Of a stretch of DNA of 32,000 nt, positions 23,923-31,736 are shown piece after piece. Origin of the DNA: Cupriavidus necator. GTDB taxonomy: Bacteria; Pseudomonadota; Gammaproteobacteria; Burkholderiales; Burkholderiaceae. The notes under the pieces were generated by a model. That model searched no databases and was not told the origin of the DNA. It worked only from the letters and a program-made list of their open reading frames with translations. The first letter of the stretch is position 1. Each line of letters opens with the position of its first letter. A program made the translations under genes and the position numbers. The stretch spans positions 360,001 through 392,000 of the forward strand of contig NZ_CP066019.1 in assembly GCF_016127575.1 (NCBI RefSeq), given 5' to 3'.

Positions 23923-24897
23923 ATGAAGACACGTATCACCGAGCTGCTGGGCACCCGCTATCCGATCGTCGAGGGTGGCATGCAATGGATCGGCCGCGCG
24001 AAGCTGGCGGCAGCGGTATCCAATGCCGGGGCGCTTGGCATGATCACGGCGCGTACCCAGCGCACGCCCGACGACCTGCGCCGCGAGATCGACCGCACGC
24101 GCGAACTGACCGACAAGCCGTTCGGCGTCAACCTGACGCTGTCGCTGACCAACACCGACGTGACCTACGACGACTGGGTGGACGCCATCGTCGCCAGCGG
24201 CGTGCAGATCGTCGAGACTGCCGGCAACAACCCGAAGCCGGTGATCACGGCGTTCAAGGAGGCGGGCCTGAAGGTCATCCACAAGTGCACGGCGGTGCGC
24301 CACGCGCTGTCGGCCGAGCGCATGGGCGTGGACGTGATCTCCATCGACAGCTTCGAGGCGGCAGGCCATATGGGCGAGGGCGACGTCGGCAGCATGGTCA
24401 TGATTCCCGCCACCGTGCAGGCCGTGAAGATCCCGGTGATCGCCTCGGGCGGCATCTGGGGCGGACGGGCCATTGCCGCCGCGCTGGCGCTGGGTGCCGA
24501 TGGCGTGAATATCGGCACGCGCTTCGCGCTGACCCAGGAATGCGAGTCGCACGACAACGTCAAGCAAGCGCTGCTCAAGGGCAATGAGCACTCCACGATC
24601 CTCCTCAAGCGCACGCTGAAGCGCTCGGCCCGCTACTTCAGGAACGAGGCGGCGGAGCAGGTCCTGGCGATGGAACTGCGTCCCGGCGGCGCCACCTACG
24701 ACGACCTCGCGCCGCTGCTGGCCGGCGAGCGCGGGCGCAAGGTGCTGGAGACCGGAGACGTCCCGTCCGGCCTGATCGGCGCCAGCCAGGCGATCGCGAT
24801 GATCGACGATATCCCGGCCTGCCAGGAACTGGTCTCGCGCATGATGGCCGAGTGCCGCACTGCGCTGTGCGAGACGCTGGCGCGGTTCGACGACTGA
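23923..24897 (+). CDS. nitronate monooxygenase family protein (NMO/2-nitropropane dioxygenase-like FMN oxidoreductase, FabK-like fold)
   Basis: Lies in ORF 23698..24897. The start is taken as the ATG at 23923 (MKTRITELLGTRYPIVEGGMQWIG). AGALGMITA, ETAGNNP, GFEAGGH-like SFEAAGHMGE and ASGGIWGGR are typical of the NMO TIM-barrel. Confidence 0.85.
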   Translation: MKTRITELLGTRYPIVEGGMQWIGRAKLAAAVSNAGALGMITARTQRTPDDLRREIDRTRELTDKPFGVNLTLSLTNTDVTYDDWVDAIVASGVQIVETAGNNPKPVITAFKEAGLKVIHKCTAVRHALSAERMGVDVISIDSFEAAGHMGEGDVGSMVMIPATVQAVKIPVIASGGIWGGRAIAAALALGADGVNIGTRFALTQECESHDNVKQALLKGNEHSTILLKRTLKRSARYFRNEAAEQVLAMELRPGGATYDDLAPLLAGERGRKVLETGDVPSGLIGASQAIAMIDDIPACQELVSRMMAECRTALCETLARFDD

Positions 24898-24919
24898 CGA
24901 TTCACCAAGGAGGCAACCC

Positions 24920-25756
24920 ATGCAAAGAGAGACGATCCCCTTGCGCGAAGCCCGGCTCGAAATCGGGGACGGCATCGCGGAGCTCATCCATGACCGGCCG
25001 GAACGTCGCAACCCGATGTCGCTGACGCTGCGCCAGGACTACACCGACATGCTGGACCGCGTGGAGCGCGACCCCGAGATCCGCGCGCTCATCATCACCG
25101 GTTCGGGCGGCTCGTTCTGCGCGGGGGGCGACCTCGGCGACCTGAAGAGCCGTGTCGAGCAGCCCGATGCGCCGCAGAATTCGCCCGACGCGATGCGGCG
25201 TCGCCTGCTCGCGCTGCATGACCGGGTCGCGCGGCTGCGCAACCTGGAAATGCCTGTCATCGCCGCGGTCGATGGGCCGGCGCTCGGCGCCGGCATGGGG
25301 CTGGCGCTGGTGGCCGACTTCGTGCTGGCGTCGCCGCGCGCATTCTTCGGCATGTCGTTTGCCAAGGTGGGGCTGGTGCCGGACATGGCTTCGGCCTACT
25401 TCCTGCCGCGCGTGGTCGGCATGTCGATGGCCAAGGAACTGATGCTGACGGCCCGCAAGGTCGGTGCCGAGGAGGCAAAGCAGCTCGGCATCGTTCATGC
25501 GATCTATCCGCACGAGACGCTGGCCGAGCAGGCGCGGCAGTTCGCGCTGCGCTTCGTCGACGCGCCCCCGCAGGCGATGGGCGCGATGAAGCGCATGCTG
25601 AACAGCAGCTTCGAGACGAGCTACGGCGCGTTCGTGGAGCTGGAGGCGAATGCACAGGCGGTGGCGTCCACCACGGCTTACCATGCCGACGCCTTGCGCC
25701 GCTTTGCCGAGGGCAAGCCGTTGCGGTATGACTGGGACCGGGTGGCGAAGGGGTGA
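24920..25756 (+). CDS. enoyl-CoA hydratase/isomerase family protein
   Basis: 278 aa. AAGGAGG lies upstream of the ATG at 24920. Crotonase motifs are present: LIITGSGGSFCAGGDL and AAVDGPALGAGMGLAL. Confidence 0.9.
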   Translation: MQRETIPLREARLEIGDGIAELIHDRPERRNPMSLTLRQDYTDMLDRVERDPEIRALIITGSGGSFCAGGDLGDLKSRVEQPDAPQNSPDAMRRRLLALHDRVARLRNLEMPVIAAVDGPALGAGMGLALVADFVLASPRAFFGMSFAKVGLVPDMASAYFLPRVVGMSMAKELMLTARKVGAEEAKQLGIVHAIYPHETLAEQARQFALRFVDAPPQAMGAMKRMLNSSFETSYGAFVELEANAQAVASTTAYHADALRRFAEGKPLRYDWDRVAKG

Positions 25757-25785
25757 CAGCTTGCCGCCTGTTGCGGTAATGACAA

Positions 25786-25818
25786 GGCCAGCGCCTGGGC
25801 GTTGGCCATTTTGCATTT
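25786..25818 (+). terminator. rho-independent terminator after the crotonase gene
   Basis: A 9-bp stem, GGCCAGCGC (25786-25794) paired with GCGTTGGCC (25799-25807), including one G-U pair. Loop CTGG, followed by ATTTTGCATTT. Confidence 0.55.
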
Positions 25819-25852
25819 CGGACGTTGCAAAGAACGGCTTGCCACCGATTGC

Positions 25853-25886
25853 TTGCTGTTATACGTCATTGACGTATAGTGGTCGC
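25853..25886 (+). promoter_or_regulatory. toxin-antitoxin promoter with overlapping 19-bp palindromic operator
   Basis: TTGCTG (25853-25858), a 16-nt spacer, then TATAGT (25875-25880). The perfect palindrome TATACGTCA-t-TGACGTATA (25860-25878) spans the spacer and the -10 box. The first ATG (25887) lies 6 nt after the -10 box with no Shine-Dalgarno sequence, so the transcript may be leaderless. Confidence 0.5.
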
Positions 25887-26178
25887 ATGTACACGGTGAT
25901 CGAAACGGAAGTCTTCCAGCGCTACGCTGACGGAATCTGGTGCGACGATGAGCGCCCCAGGCCTTCATTAGCTGACTGGCCAACAACGCCGAGGCCGCAG
26001 ACGTGACGGGTGGTCGCGCGCAGGCATGGGCAAGCGCGGCGGCGCACGGCTGATCTACTACAACATCCTCGACGACGGGCAAATCTGGTTGCTCATCGCC
26101 TACACCAAGGCAAAGTTCGACAAACTCCCGACGGCGTTCCTCAACCAACTGCGACAAGGAGTCGAAGATGGCCACTGA
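25887..26178 (+). pseudogene. RelE-type (PF06296-like, HigB-like) toxin gene, disrupted by frameshifts and an in-frame stop
   Basis: Homologous segments lie in three different frames:
- MYTVIETEVFQRYADGIWCDDER in frame 0 (from 25887)
- QAFIS*LANNAEAADV in frame 2, with TGA at 25973-25975 where Trp is expected
- SRAGMGKRGGARLIYYNILDDGQIWLLIAYTKAKFDKLPTAFLNQLRQGVE in frame 1 (26011 to the stop at 26176-26178)

The last frame overlaps the antitoxin start, as in intact modules. Confidence 0.75.
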
Positions 26179-26458
26179 TAAGGAAATTGACCAATTCCAG
26201 GCTGACCTGCTGAAGTCGGTCAAGCAAATGAAAGCCGGCCAGGCCGCCCGCGTCACGAAGGTCGAAGTCTCGCCCGTCGCGCACGCGCGCAAGCTTTCGG
26301 GCCTGTCGCAGAGCCAGTTCGGCGACCTGATGGGCGTTTCTGTGCGTACCCTCCAGGAGTGGGAGCAAGGCCGCCGGCAACCCACAGGCGCAGCGCAGAC
26401 CCTGCTGCGCGTGGTGACGATGCATCCCGAGGTGCTGCGTGAGTTGCATAAGGCTTAG
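26168..26458 (+). CDS. XRE/HTH-type antitoxin (NadS / COG2944-like DNA-binding protein)
   Basis: 96 aa, intact. The HTH region is ARKLSGLSQSQFGDLMGVSVRTLQEWEQGRRQPTGAAQTLLRVV, the typical partner of PF06296 toxins. AAGGAG (26157-26162) lies upstream of the ATG at 26168. Confidence 0.8.
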   Translation: MATDKEIDQFQADLLKSVKQMKAGQAARVTKVEVSPVAHARKLSGLSQSQFGDLMGVSVRTLQEWEQGRRQPTGAAQTLLRVVTMHPEVLRELHKA

Positions 26459-26495
26459 CGCGTCATCGGGGCGCGAAATCGGCGCTGAACCAGGC

Positions 26496-26525
26496 AAAAT
26501 GGCCGGGCGCATGCCCGGCCATTTT
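26496..26525. terminator. bidirectional rho-independent terminator
   Basis: A 13-bp perfect stem, AAAATGGCCGGGC (26496-26508) paired with GCCCGGCCATTTT (26513-26525), with loop GCAT. A and T runs sit on either side. It lies between the convergent antitoxin (+) and acyl-CoA synthetase (-) genes. Confidence 0.75.
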
Positions 26526-26551
26526 GCATTCACTGCCAACGCATCCGGCGC

Positions 26552-28657
26552 TTATGCACCTTCCCCCCGGATCTCGATAACCGCGTCGGCCGCATACGCG
26601 CCTTCACCGGCCGGCATGGCGAAGACCGGATTCAGGTCCACCGACTGCAGGCGCGGACCGGCGGCCGCGGCGAATGCCGAGAGCCGGGACAGCGTGCGGG
26701 CCAGCGCGGGAATATCGGCCACGGGCCGCCCGCGCGCGCCGAGCAGCAGCGGCGCACCCTTGATCGAGCGGATCATCTGCTCGGCCACGTCTTCGCCGAA
26801 CGGGCAGCGGTGGAACACCACATCCTTCAGCACTTCGACGAACACGCCGCCGAGACCGAACATGGCGATGGGGCCGAAGACCGGATCGCGGTTGATGCCC
26901 ATGATGCATTCCACGCCGCCCGACAGTTGCTTGGCCACCAGCACGCCTTCGATGCGCGCGTCGGGCGCCGCCTGGCGCGCGCGTTCGAGCAAGGTGTCGA
27001 AACCCGCGCGCACGGCGGCTTCGTCGCGCACGTCGAGCAGCACGCCGCCGATCTCGGACTTGTGCAGGATGTCGGGCGACAGGATCTTCATGACCACCGG
27101 GAAGCCGATCTCGCGTGCGGCAAGTACCGCGGCATCGCCCGTCGCGCAGCTCCGTTCCGGCGCGCTGGCAATGCCTGCCTCGGCCAGCAGCGCCTTGGCC
27201 TGTGCCTCGGTCGGCGTCTGCGCGGGCAGCGTCACCGCAGGCACGGACGGCGCCGGCGCGGCAGGCGCGGCGGCGAAGGCGCGGCCGAAGCGGCCCATGG
27301 CGGCGATGGCGGCGACGGCGCGGCTCGGGTCCTCGAACACGGTGAAGCCGGCGGCTTCGTATTCGCGGATCGCCTCGCGCGCGCCGCGCGTCACCAGCAC
27401 GTAGAGCCGGTCGGGGAAGCGCTCGCGCGCACGCGTGAGCTGTTCGCGCAGCATCGGCGCGACGGCGGGCATGGTCGCAACATAGCTGAAGAAGGCGACG
27501 ATCGATCGATAGCCGCCTTCGTCGAGCATCATCTCCAGGAAGGGCCGCACCAGCGTCGGATCGTTGAGGAACTGGCCCGTGGTATCGACCGGGTTGCGCG
27601 GCGAGCAGATCGGCAGGCGCTCCAGCATGCGGGCCTGCGCGGCGGCGGGCATTTCCGGCATGGGCAGGCCGTATTCCTCGGCCGCGTCGGAGATGATGAC
27701 GCCCGCGCCGCCGCTGAGGGTCACCACGCCCAGCGTATTCTCGGCCGGGAAGATGCCGCGCCCGGCCAGGCGCACGATGTCAAGCATCTGCTCGGTGGTG
27801 TTGGCGCGCACCACGCCGAGTTCTTCCAGCACCGCGTCCACCACGGCATCGTTGCCCGCGATCGACGCCGTGTGCGATTGCGCCGCGGCGCTGCCGACCT
27901 CGCTGCGGCCGACCTTCATCATCACCACCGGCTTGCGCGCCGCGCGGGCGGCCTTGAGCGCGTCGGCGAGGCCGTCGCCGTCATGGATGCCTTCGGAGTA
28001 CAGCGCGATCACGCCGGTATTCGGATCGTCCACCATCAGGCGCACGACGTCGGCCAGCGACACATCGGCTTCGTTGCCGGTCATGACGACGCCGGACAGG
28101 CCCACGCCCGCGTCCACCAGGGACGACACGAGATGGCTGCCGTACGCGCCCGACTGGCTGATGACGGCGACGTTGCCGGGGAACACGCCGTCAAGGCGGG
28201 CCAGCGTGGTGAAGCTGCCGACGAAGCCCGTGTGCAGGTTCACGCAGCCGAGCGAGTTCGGACCGAGCAGGCGCGTGCCGCCGCGCCGCGCGATGGCCAC
28301 CAGTTCGTCCTGCATGGCGACGCCCGCGCCGCCGACTTCGGCGAAGCCGGCGCTGAACAGGATGGCAACCGGCACGCGGCGCTCCGCGAGCTGCTCGATC
28401 ACGCCCCGCACCTGCTCGGCGGGAACCGCGACGACGGCAACGTCCGGCACTTCGGGCAGGTCGGCAACGGTAGGCCAGGCTTCGAGTCCCTGCACTTCGC
28501 GGCGATTCGGGTTGACCGGCATGATGCGCCCGGCATAGCCGGTTGCCAGCATGGTGGAGATCGGCTTGCCGCCGATGCGGTCAGGGTCGTTCGACGCGCC
28601 GATGATGGCGACCGAGCGCGGATTGAGCAGGCAGGATAGAGAGTTCTTGGTAGTCAT
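26552..28657 (-). CDS. acetate--CoA ligase family protein (NDP/ADP-forming acyl-CoA synthetase), paralogue of 3179..5323
   Basis: 701 aa. SVAIIGAS, LLGPNSLG, phosphohistidine motif QSHTASIAG, and a C-terminal ATP-grasp region (GFPVVMKILSPDILHKSEIGGVLLDV). Confidence 0.9.
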   Translation of the reverse strand: MTTKNSLSCLLNPRSVAIIGASNDPDRIGGKPISTMLATGYAGRIMPVNPNRREVQGLEAWPTVADLPEVPDVAVVAVPAEQVRGVIEQLAERRVPVAILFSAGFAEVGGAGVAMQDELVAIARRGGTRLLGPNSLGCVNLHTGFVGSFTTLARLDGVFPGNVAVISQSGAYGSHLVSSLVDAGVGLSGVVMTGNEADVSLADVVRLMVDDPNTGVIALYSEGIHDGDGLADALKAARAARKPVVMMKVGRSEVGSAAAQSHTASIAGNDAVVDAVLEELGVVRANTTEQMLDIVRLAGRGIFPAENTLGVVTLSGGAGVIISDAAEEYGLPMPEMPAAAQARMLERLPICSPRNPVDTTGQFLNDPTLVRPFLEMMLDEGGYRSIVAFFSYVATMPAVAPMLREQLTRARERFPDRLYVLVTRGAREAIREYEAAGFTVFEDPSRAVAAIAAMGRFGRAFAAAPAAPAPSVPAVTLPAQTPTEAQAKALLAEAGIASAPERSCATGDAAVLAAREIGFPVVMKILSPDILHKSEIGGVLLDVRDEAAVRAGFDTLLERARQAAPDARIEGVLVAKQLSGGVECIMGINRDPVFGPIAMFGLGGVFVEVLKDVVFHRCPFGEDVAEQMIRSIKGAPLLLGARGRPVADIPALARTLSRLSAFAAAAGPRLQSVDLNPVFAMPAGEGAYAADAVIEIRGEGA

Positions 28658-28707
28658 GAATCACCCGTCGGAGGGGGAGGGCGGCGCGGTGCGCGCCGCC
28701 TTCGGGA

Positions 28708-29106
28708 TCAGGCCAGCGTGAAGGTCGGCACCGGCGCGCCGCCTTCGGACGGCGCGAAGCGCAGTACCACTTTCTGGCCGATGCGCACGGTGTCGAGATC
28801 GCAATCGACGATATGGCTCATGACCGTTACGCCTTCGTCGAGCTTGACGTAGGCGATGCAGTACGGCGTGGGGCCGGCACGGCGCGTGACGCTGAACGAG
28901 TAGATCGTGCCGCGCCCGCTCGCTTCCTTCCAGTGCGTGCTGCCCATGCAGAACGGGCACAGCGGGCGCGGATACCAGTGCGGCTTGCCGCAGCTGTCGC
29001 AATGCTTGACCAGCAGGCGGCCCTCGCGGGCGGCGGCCCAGAATTCTGCGTTGTCGGGGTGCTCGATGGGCGGGTTGTACGGGATGGGGGTGTGGGGAGT
29101 CGTCAT
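28708..29106 (-). CDS. Zn-ribbon / OB-fold protein (DUF35 family)
   Basis: 132 aa. Four-Cys ribbon CDSCGKPHWYPRPLCPFC followed by an OB-fold-like segment (GTIYSFSV...YCIAYVKLDEGV...IGQKVVLRF). It lies 36 nt downstream of the thiolase-fold gene. Confidence 0.85.
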   Translation of the reverse strand: MTTPHTPIPYNPPIEHPDNAEFWAAAREGRLLVKHCDSCGKPHWYPRPLCPFCMGSTHWKEASGRGTIYSFSVTRRAGPTPYCIAYVKLDEGVTVMSHIVDCDLDTVRIGQKVVLRFAPSEGGAPVPTFTLA

Positions 29107-29142
29107 GGCGATGTCCGAATGCGGGCCGACGCGGCGCCGGCG

Positions 29143-30309
29143 TTATTCACGTTCCAGGATGAGGGTGGCGCTGCCGTGGCGGGCGCCCAGCAGGCCGCCG
29201 GTGCCGTGGGCGAGCGCCAGGCGGCAGTCGGGTACCTGCACCGCCGGGTGGGCCTCGCCACGCAGCTGGCGCACGGCCTCGATGACCTTGGTGATGCCGC
29301 CGCGGTTGGCCGGGTGGTTGTTGCACAGGCCGCCGCCATCGGTGTTGAACGGGAGCTTGCCCACGCCGGAGATCAGGTTGCCGTCCATCACGAACTTGCC
29401 GCCTTCGCCTTTCTTGCAGAAGCCCAGATCTTCGAGTTGCAGCAGCACGGTGATCGTGAAGCTGTCGTAGATCGATGCGTACTGGATGTCGGCGGGCGTG
29501 ACGCCGGCCTCGGCGAAGGCCGCGGCGCCGGAGAAGCGTGCGCCCGACCAGGTCAGGTCGACTTCGCCGCCAAGCTGGCCCTTCACGTACTCGCCGGCGC
29601 CGAGGATCTTCACCTTGGGGCGCTTGAGCTTCGCGGCGATCTCCGGGCGCGCGACGATCAGCGCGCCGCCGCCATCCGACACCACGCAGCAGTCCAGCTT
29701 GCGCAGCGGGTCCGAGATCATGGGCGAGTTCAGCACGTCCTCCACCGTCACCACGTCGCGCAGCATGGCGTTCGGGTTGTGCTGCGCGTGGTGCGATGCC
29801 GCCACCTTGATCCACGCGAGCTGTTCGGGCGTGGTGCCGTACTCGTACATGTGGCGCATGGCGACCATCGCGTAGTTGTTGACGGTCACCTGGCCGAACG
29901 GGCTTTCGAAGGGCAGGTCGGGGGTGTTGTCGCCCCAGTTGCGCGCCTTGGTGCCGCTGGAGCCTTCCGAGCGCGGACGGCCGGCGAGCGTGATCAGCGC
30001 CACGTTGCACTTGCCCATGGCGATGGCCTGCGCGGCATGCGATACATGGGCCAGGTAGGACGAGCCGCCGGTTTCGGTCGAGTCGACATGGCGCACATTC
30101 AGGCCCATGTAGTCGATCATGTTGATCACGCCGAGGCCGGGAGCATCGCCGGCGCAGAAGTAGCCGTCGACATCGGCCAGCGTCAGCCCGGCGTCTTCCA
30201 GTGCGCCCTTGGCGCTTTCCGCGTGGAGCTGCGCCACGGTCTTGTCGGGTGCCTTGCGGGTGGGGTGCTCGTAGGCGCCTACGATGTATGCCTTGCCTTT
30301 GATGCTCAT
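29143..30309 (-). CDS. thiolase-superfamily (SCP-x/lipid-transfer-protein-type) protein lacking the catalytic cysteines; predicted Ltp2-like retro-aldolase or non-thiolytic partner of DUF35
   Basis: Lies in ORF 29143..30735. The start is taken as the ATG at 30309 (MSIKGKAYIVGAYEHPTRK). The fold-level motifs of SCP-x-type thiolases are present: NTDGGGLCNNHPANRGG and the GTGG tail. The nucleophile position reads VDSTETGGSSYL (Glu, not Cys), and HDCF is replaced by YDSF. Confidence 0.8.
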   Translation of the reverse strand: MSIKGKAYIVGAYEHPTRKAPDKTVAQLHAESAKGALEDAGLTLADVDGYFCAGDAPGLGVINMIDYMGLNVRHVDSTETGGSSYLAHVSHAAQAIAMGKCNVALITLAGRPRSEGSSGTKARNWGDNTPDLPFESPFGQVTVNNYAMVAMRHMYEYGTTPEQLAWIKVAASHHAQHNPNAMLRDVVTVEDVLNSPMISDPLRKLDCCVVSDGGGALIVARPEIAAKLKRPKVKILGAGEYVKGQLGGEVDLTWSGARFSGAAAFAEAGVTPADIQYASIYDSFTITVLLQLEDLGFCKKGEGGKFVMDGNLISGVGKLPFNTDGGGLCNNHPANRGGITKVIEAVRQLRGEAHPAVQVPDCRLALAHGTGGLLGARHGSATLILERE

Positions 30310-30380
30310 GCTTGCTTCCTGTGTGTGGACAAAGGGTTGGGGGTTCCGGCGGGCGGATGGCCTTCCGGCAGTGTGTTGCG

Positions 30381-30986
30381 CTAACGGCTGTCTGCGCTGG
30401 CCGGGTTCGGCTCCGTTTGCACGTCCGGGGCGCCGCGGCGATGCGGCGGCCACAGCAGCTTCACGACCTCGCCGTCCTCGCGGTAGGTGTGGCAGGTGTT
30501 CAGTGCCGCGGGCTGCGGCAGCGGCGCGGTGCCGTCGGCATGCCAGCGGCCGCCGCGCTCGCGGCGGTCGACCGCGAAAATGGTCTGCCGGGCCGTGGTG
30601 GCCAGCGGTCCGAGCAGTTCGGTGAGGTGGGTGCAGCCGCGCACACCACCGACGATGGCGCTGGCCTGGCGGCGAAAGCCTGCCCGGATCTGCAAGCCCT
30701 TCAGGCCGGCATAGGCGGACGCGATGTCGGCGCACTGGCTGGTCGGGCCGGCGGACAGCGTTGCGCCGATGTCATGGATCACCAGGTCGCGGCTCACCGT
30801 GATCACGATGCGCATGTGATGGATAGCTTCGCCCGGGCCCAGGCGCTTGAACAGCAGGTGCGTGCCGGTTGGCGTGATGTCCGTCATCTCGGCCTCGATG
30901 TCGAACAGGCCGTCGGCGCGCTCGTAGCCGTTGCAGGTCACGTGGCGCGTATGGATGCGATTGCGGTCGGGAAGGGTCGGCTTCAT
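30381..30986 (-). CDS. DUF2889 domain-containing protein (function unknown)
   Basis: 201 aa, high GC3. The motif GVRGCTHLTELLGPLATTA matches, from memory, the conserved G-C-T-H-L core of DUF2889. It lies 71 nt upstream of the thiolase-fold gene on the same strand. Confidence 0.65.
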   Translation of the reverse strand: MKPTLPDRNRIHTRHVTCNGYERADGLFDIEAEMTDITPTGTHLLFKRLGPGEAIHHMRIVITVSRDLVIHDIGATLSAGPTSQCADIASAYAGLKGLQIRAGFRRQASAIVGGVRGCTHLTELLGPLATTARQTIFAVDRRERGGRWHADGTAPLPQPAALNTCHTYREDGEVVKLLWPPHRRGAPDVQTEPNPASADSR

Positions 30987-31004
30987 GGGGGCTCGTCGCG
31001 GGGC

Positions 31005-31349
31005 TCAGGCAGCGTATCGCCAGGACTCGTTGCCGGCATGGAAAGGAGAGGGGCGCCGCAATCCCTGCATGCGGCGGTGCGCGGCCCAGAACAGCACGCG
31101 CAAAGGGAGGTCGAGGCTGCCGCTGGCGTCGTGGCATTGCACGGCATCCGGTTCGACCGCCACGCCAAGCTCGGCTGCCGACGCATATCCCACCACGCTC
31201 ACGCGGGCGTCGCCGTGCTGCAGGCATTCGCCGAGCAAGGCACGCAGGGCTTCCGGGTAGGACGGTGCGCCGGGGCGGCTCGAGCTTGCCAGCGCCCGCT
31301 GTTGCAGCTGGCGGCTGGCCTGCCTGACTTCCTGCAGGAGGTCCATCAT
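31005..31349 (-). CDS. hypothetical protein (about 114 aa; start uncertain)
   Basis: This is the 3' part of ORF 31005..31559. High GC3 and ordinary amino-acid composition begin at MMDLLQEVRQASRQL (ATG at 31349), while the upstream part is Arg/Pro-rich and looks non-coding. It stops 18 nt before the DUF2889 start. I recognise no family. Confidence 0.4.
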   Translation of the reverse strand: MMDLLQEVRQASRQLQQRALASSSRPGAPSYPEALRALLGECLQHGDARVSVVGYASAAELGVAVEPDAVQCHDASGSLDLPLRVLFWAAHRRMQGLRRPSPFHAGNESWRYAA

Positions 31350-31736
31350 GCGCTCTCGCGGCGCGGTGGCGTGGGCAGGCTGGTGCCCTGCGCGGGGCCG
31401 TGGTGGTAGCGGCGTGGTGCAAACGTATGCTGACATCGGAATGTGCGGGTGATGCGCCGGCCACGATGGCGGCGCGGAGCCTGCGAAGCAGTGTGAAGCC
31501 GGCAGCCGTCCGGCATCCCCACTCGACGAGGGGGGGCGAGTGCGCCCGGTACGCCGCACGACGCCTTAAGTCCGCCTTGCAGTGAAACAGCCCCGCGCTC
31601 CAGGTGACAGAAACGGGCCCATTCAACTGCCCGTCCGCCGCAGGCCATATGCGCCGCGATGCGCCACCCGCGTCGGGGAGTGCCTGGCGCCATGGCAGCG
31701 GCAATCATGCTTCCAGTACTGCCTTCCTGTTACCGC

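Noticed and set aside
25678-26385. ORFs 25678..26385 (-), 26010..26213 (+) and 26141..26539 (-) across the TA locus
   Set aside because: ORF 26010..26213 is an off-frame reading through the decayed toxin gene. The two minus-strand ORFs are antisense to the toxin remnant and to the intact antitoxin. None has a recognisable domain.
26810-30384. 609-aa (26810..28639) and 523-aa (28813..30384) plus-strand ORFs
   Set aside because: Both are shadows of the minus-strand synthetase, DUF35 and thiolase-fold genes. Their composition is rich in Arg/Ala/Gly/His/Asp and they have no motifs.
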